Below, piece by piece: positions 61,003-64,000 of a stretch of DNA of 64,000 nt. The position numbers were made by a program, and so were the translations under genes. Below the pieces are notes generated by a model. It was not told where the DNA came from and searched no databases. It saw nothing but the letters and a program-made list of their open reading frames with translations. Where the stretch lies: contig JANJGN010000131.1 in assembly GCA_026770705.1 (NCBI GenBank), positions 372,001-436,000 of the forward strand, in the 5' to 3' direction. The DNA is from Isurus oxyrinchus (Eukaryota). Within the stretch, counting starts at the first letter, position 1, and every line of letters starts with the position of its first letter.

Positions 61003-62170
61003 AAAAGCAAAATACTGTGGGTGCTGCAAATCTGAAACAAAAACAAGAATAGCTGCAAAAACTCAGCAGGTCTGACATCATCGGCGGCGGGGAATAGAGT
61101 TAATGTTATGAGTCCGGATGACTCTTCATCAGAACTGAGGAAAAATAGAAATGAGGTGAAATATAAGCTGGTTGAGGAGGGTGGGATAGGTAGAGCTGGA
61201 TAGAGGGCCCATGATAGGTGGCGGCAAAGAAGAGATTTCCAATGATGTCAACGAGTAAAGGATAAAGGGGTGTTGATGGTGGAAATGTGATGGGGTTGCG
61301 GTGGGGGGAAGAGACCGAAACAGGCTAAAAGGTGAAGAAAAAAATGAATGGAAATCAATTTAAAAATAATTGAAATAGGTGGGAATAGGAAAATATATTT
61401 AAAAAATCATATTTAAAAAATTATAAATTTTTGGAAATAGGGGATCGGAAAGGGGGTGGGGTTGGAGGAGAAAATTGATGATCTGAAGTTGTTGAAATCA
61501 ATGTTAAGTCTGGAAGTCGGTAAAGTGCCTAATCAGAAGATGAGGTCCTGTTCCTCCAGTTTGCGTTGACCTTCCCAGAACATTGCAGCAGGCCAAGGAC
61601 GGACAGGTGGGCATGAAAGCAGGGTGGTGTGTTGAAATGGCAAGTGACCAGGAGGTCTGAGTCATGTTGCGGACAGACCGGTGTCTGCGTATAGTCTAAT
61701 ATTTGCAATACTTTATAATTTAAAAAAATATTTTTTAATATGTTTTTCTTTTTCCACCTATTTCTAATATTTTTAATTTAATTTCCACTCATTGCTTTAC
61801 CTCCACCTTTTAGCCTATTTCGATCCCTTTCCCCCACCACAGTCCCACGGAGGCTATCTGTCACTTGCTCGTCCTACTTTCTACCCTTAATGTCACCATT
61901 AGCATGTTCCTTTGCTAACATCACCACCGTTAACATTCATTTGTCCTTTTGCCTATGACATCTTTGTCAATCTCTTCTTTGCCTCCACCTATCACTGGCC
62001 CTCTATCCAGCTCTACCTGTCCGAACCCCTTCAACCAGTTTACATTTCACCTCATTTCTATTTTTCCTTAATTCTGATGAAGATTCATGCGGACTCGAAA
62101 CGTTAACTGTGATCTTCTCCGCAGATGCTCTCAGACCTGTGGAGTTTTCCAGCTATTTTTGCGTTTGATT
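61003..62170 (-). mobile_element. 5'-truncated Penelope-like element with an inverted terminal (pseudo-LTR) copy
   Basis: Arms ~61003-61420 and ~61705-62170 are reverse complements. The spacer on the minus strand encodes EGQRKLEEQDLIF*LGTLPTSRLNIDFNNF, typical of a PLE GIY-YIG C-terminus. Confidence 0.8.
62070..62108 (+). ncRNA. Minimal type I hammerhead ribozyme motif
   Basis: AATT-CTGATGA-AGATTC-ATGCG-GACTC-GAAAC-GTT-AACT: intact catalytic boxes, one mismatch each in stems I and II. Confidence 0.65.
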
Positions 62171-62179
62171 CCGTCCTTG

Positions 62180-62720
62180 CTTGTTAATGTATCTGATATT
62201 ATGACTTTTTAGGTTCTCTGTTTGCTATGTTAATAATTTTGCCTGCATGAGCGTGTGAGTATGTTACGGCGTGCCTTTATGTGTTGACGGATGTTTATAA
62301 CTATGTGTTTATGTCTGTTTAGTTGTCCATGTGTACTAAAATGTGTGTTTCTATGTGTTTGTGTTATTGTGGGTGTGTGAATATATTCATCTTCGTTTCT
62401 TGTTCAGTGTTTGTGAAAATGCTATTGCCTGTTCATCTAAGTGCCCGTGTGTCAATTTGTTAATGTGTGTATGGAAATGCCTATGTATTTGCATTACTGT
62501 GCATGATAGTGTGTCTTTAGATCTATATTTTTGTGTTCGTTGAAGCATAGTAATGAACATATTCATGTATATGTTTACATGTCCTGCATGAGTCTGCTTA
62601 TGGGGTTGTGTATATCTTGCATTTGTATCTGTTGTGTATATGTGTGTGTGTGTGTGTGTGTATGTGTGTGCACACACACATTTGCATTTGTGTGACTGTG
62701 AGGCCATGTGTTTGAGAGAG
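62180..62720. repeat. TG-rich low-complexity tract with (TG)n; continues 60780-61000 on the other side of the Penelope insertion
   Basis: Visible TG-rich composition; TG run at about 62641-62670. Confidence 0.8.
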
Positions 62721-63229
62721 TATGAAATCCCTACAGCTGACAAAAGTTTTAATTCTTGAAGCAAACACCGCGAACTTGAACCGAATTTTGATCACAAATA
62801 TATTTTTGCACTCCATCTTTTTCTAAACTCTCAACTGAGCTCCAGTTATCTTCACATAAACATGGCACACATGGTCTGTTACCGTGTAGAATGGCAAAAT
62901 AATTATCCGTTAATTCCAAAACTTTCCTTAATTCTGGTAAACCACGTAAATAGCTTTTAATTCATTGGAATAACTACAGAAGTCCTGTTCCTGTTCCACA
63001 GCTAATTAAGACCACCTGCAGTATGAAGGCCTTAACTTCCTGGCTGTTAAATCTTAAGTCAACATGGCTCCAGCCTTCTAAGAATAATAAACACCAAGGC
63101 TGTTTCCATTGCATTAAATTTAGGGCTGCATTTGCCAGTTTCGTCACCAGATGTACCCACTGCCATCAGTTAAATCTCTAATTTCCTAAGCTAAAGATTA
63201 CATTGAAAAAAACATATCTGAACAATGAC

Positions 63230-63680
63230 ACTAACGTAACAAAAGGTCAATTTCAGGCCGTAGGATCGGGTAAAAAGTCACTATTAAACTGGGATATCAG
63301 TCACAACGTCATTGTCAGCCAGAGCCTCAAATAAATGATCAGGGTTAAATTGGGACATCCGGTACAAAGTCACTGTTAGATTCAATTATCAGTTAAAATG
63401 TCACTGCTGGACTGGACTATCAAGTACATGGCCAATGTTAGATCATGATATCAGTTACAAGGCCACTGTTAGGCTGGATTATCAGTTACAAGGTGGCGAT
63501 TAGAACAGACTGCTGGTACAAGGTAAATTGTGGATCGGGACATTGGTTACAAGGTCACTGTTAGATCGGAGTGTCGGATATAAGGCCAGCAGAACATTAG
63601 GTTTCAATCCCATGGTAACCGTTTGATGACAGTATCTGTCAAACACCCACTGCTGGATTTCGGAATCATTTAAACGAGCA
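63230..63680 (+). repeat. Degenerate minisatellite (~31-bp unit 'atcagttacaaggtcactgttagatcgg')
   Basis: Recurrent 'tatcagttacaagg' and 'gtcactgttaga' units. Confidence 0.75.
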
Positions 63681-64000
63681 CTGTGCAACTCGGTATCAGT
63701 TATGTGATCACTGTAAGTCTGTGGTGTCAGGCACAAGGTCATTTTAGATTGTCCGTTTTCTACATGGGCACTAATATTCCATGGATTTCAATTACATGGT
63801 TTTTGTTACACCGGGATATCATTTGCAAGGCCAGTTTTCAAGTTAAACTGTTTTATCATTTCCATAATAAGTGTCACTCGGAGGTATCACTTAAAAGTTT
63901 AGTGTTAGACCAGACATAAGTTTCAAATTATCAGTTCACTTTTTACTTTCTGATCACGGGATGATCATCAACCATACATCCTTTAGGACTGTTACTGCTT

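Noticed and set aside
398-63919. The many 60-150 aa ORFs in the six-frame track
   Set aside because: Apart from the GPCR exons they are transposon fragments, antisense shadows of the GPCRs or low-complexity frames.

Overview
Vertebrate genomic DNA, repeat-rich and most likely from a cartilaginous fish (shark). That assignment is inferred from the mix of CR1 LINEs, Penelope-like elements and SINEs and from the gene family; the species cannot be fixed from the sequence. The window holds a cluster of five two-exon rhodopsin-class GPCR loci of GPR139/GPR142-like type. One is intact (36873-39100, +, 326 aa). Three are near full-length but disabled (1450-2351 +, 19349-21717 -, 52474-55735 -). One is a short exon-2 fragment (32508-32665 +). 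The main observation is that all three loci with a visible first exon share a position-locked promoter: E-box, TAAT sites, a homeodomain site next to an Olf/EBF (O/E)-like site at exactly -78, and a TATA element near -57. This resembles the Lhx2/EBF promoter signature of mammalian odorant receptor genes. It suggests a lineage-expanded, birth-and-death chemoreceptor family built from GPR139-like receptors (hypothesis only). Also present: a three-copy unidentified repeat with codon-like substitution bias, many Penelope-derived elements carrying minimal hammerhead ribozyme motifs, decayed CR1 and SINE copies, a G/C-skewed foldback and tandem repeats. Repeat boundaries are approximate and were read by eye.
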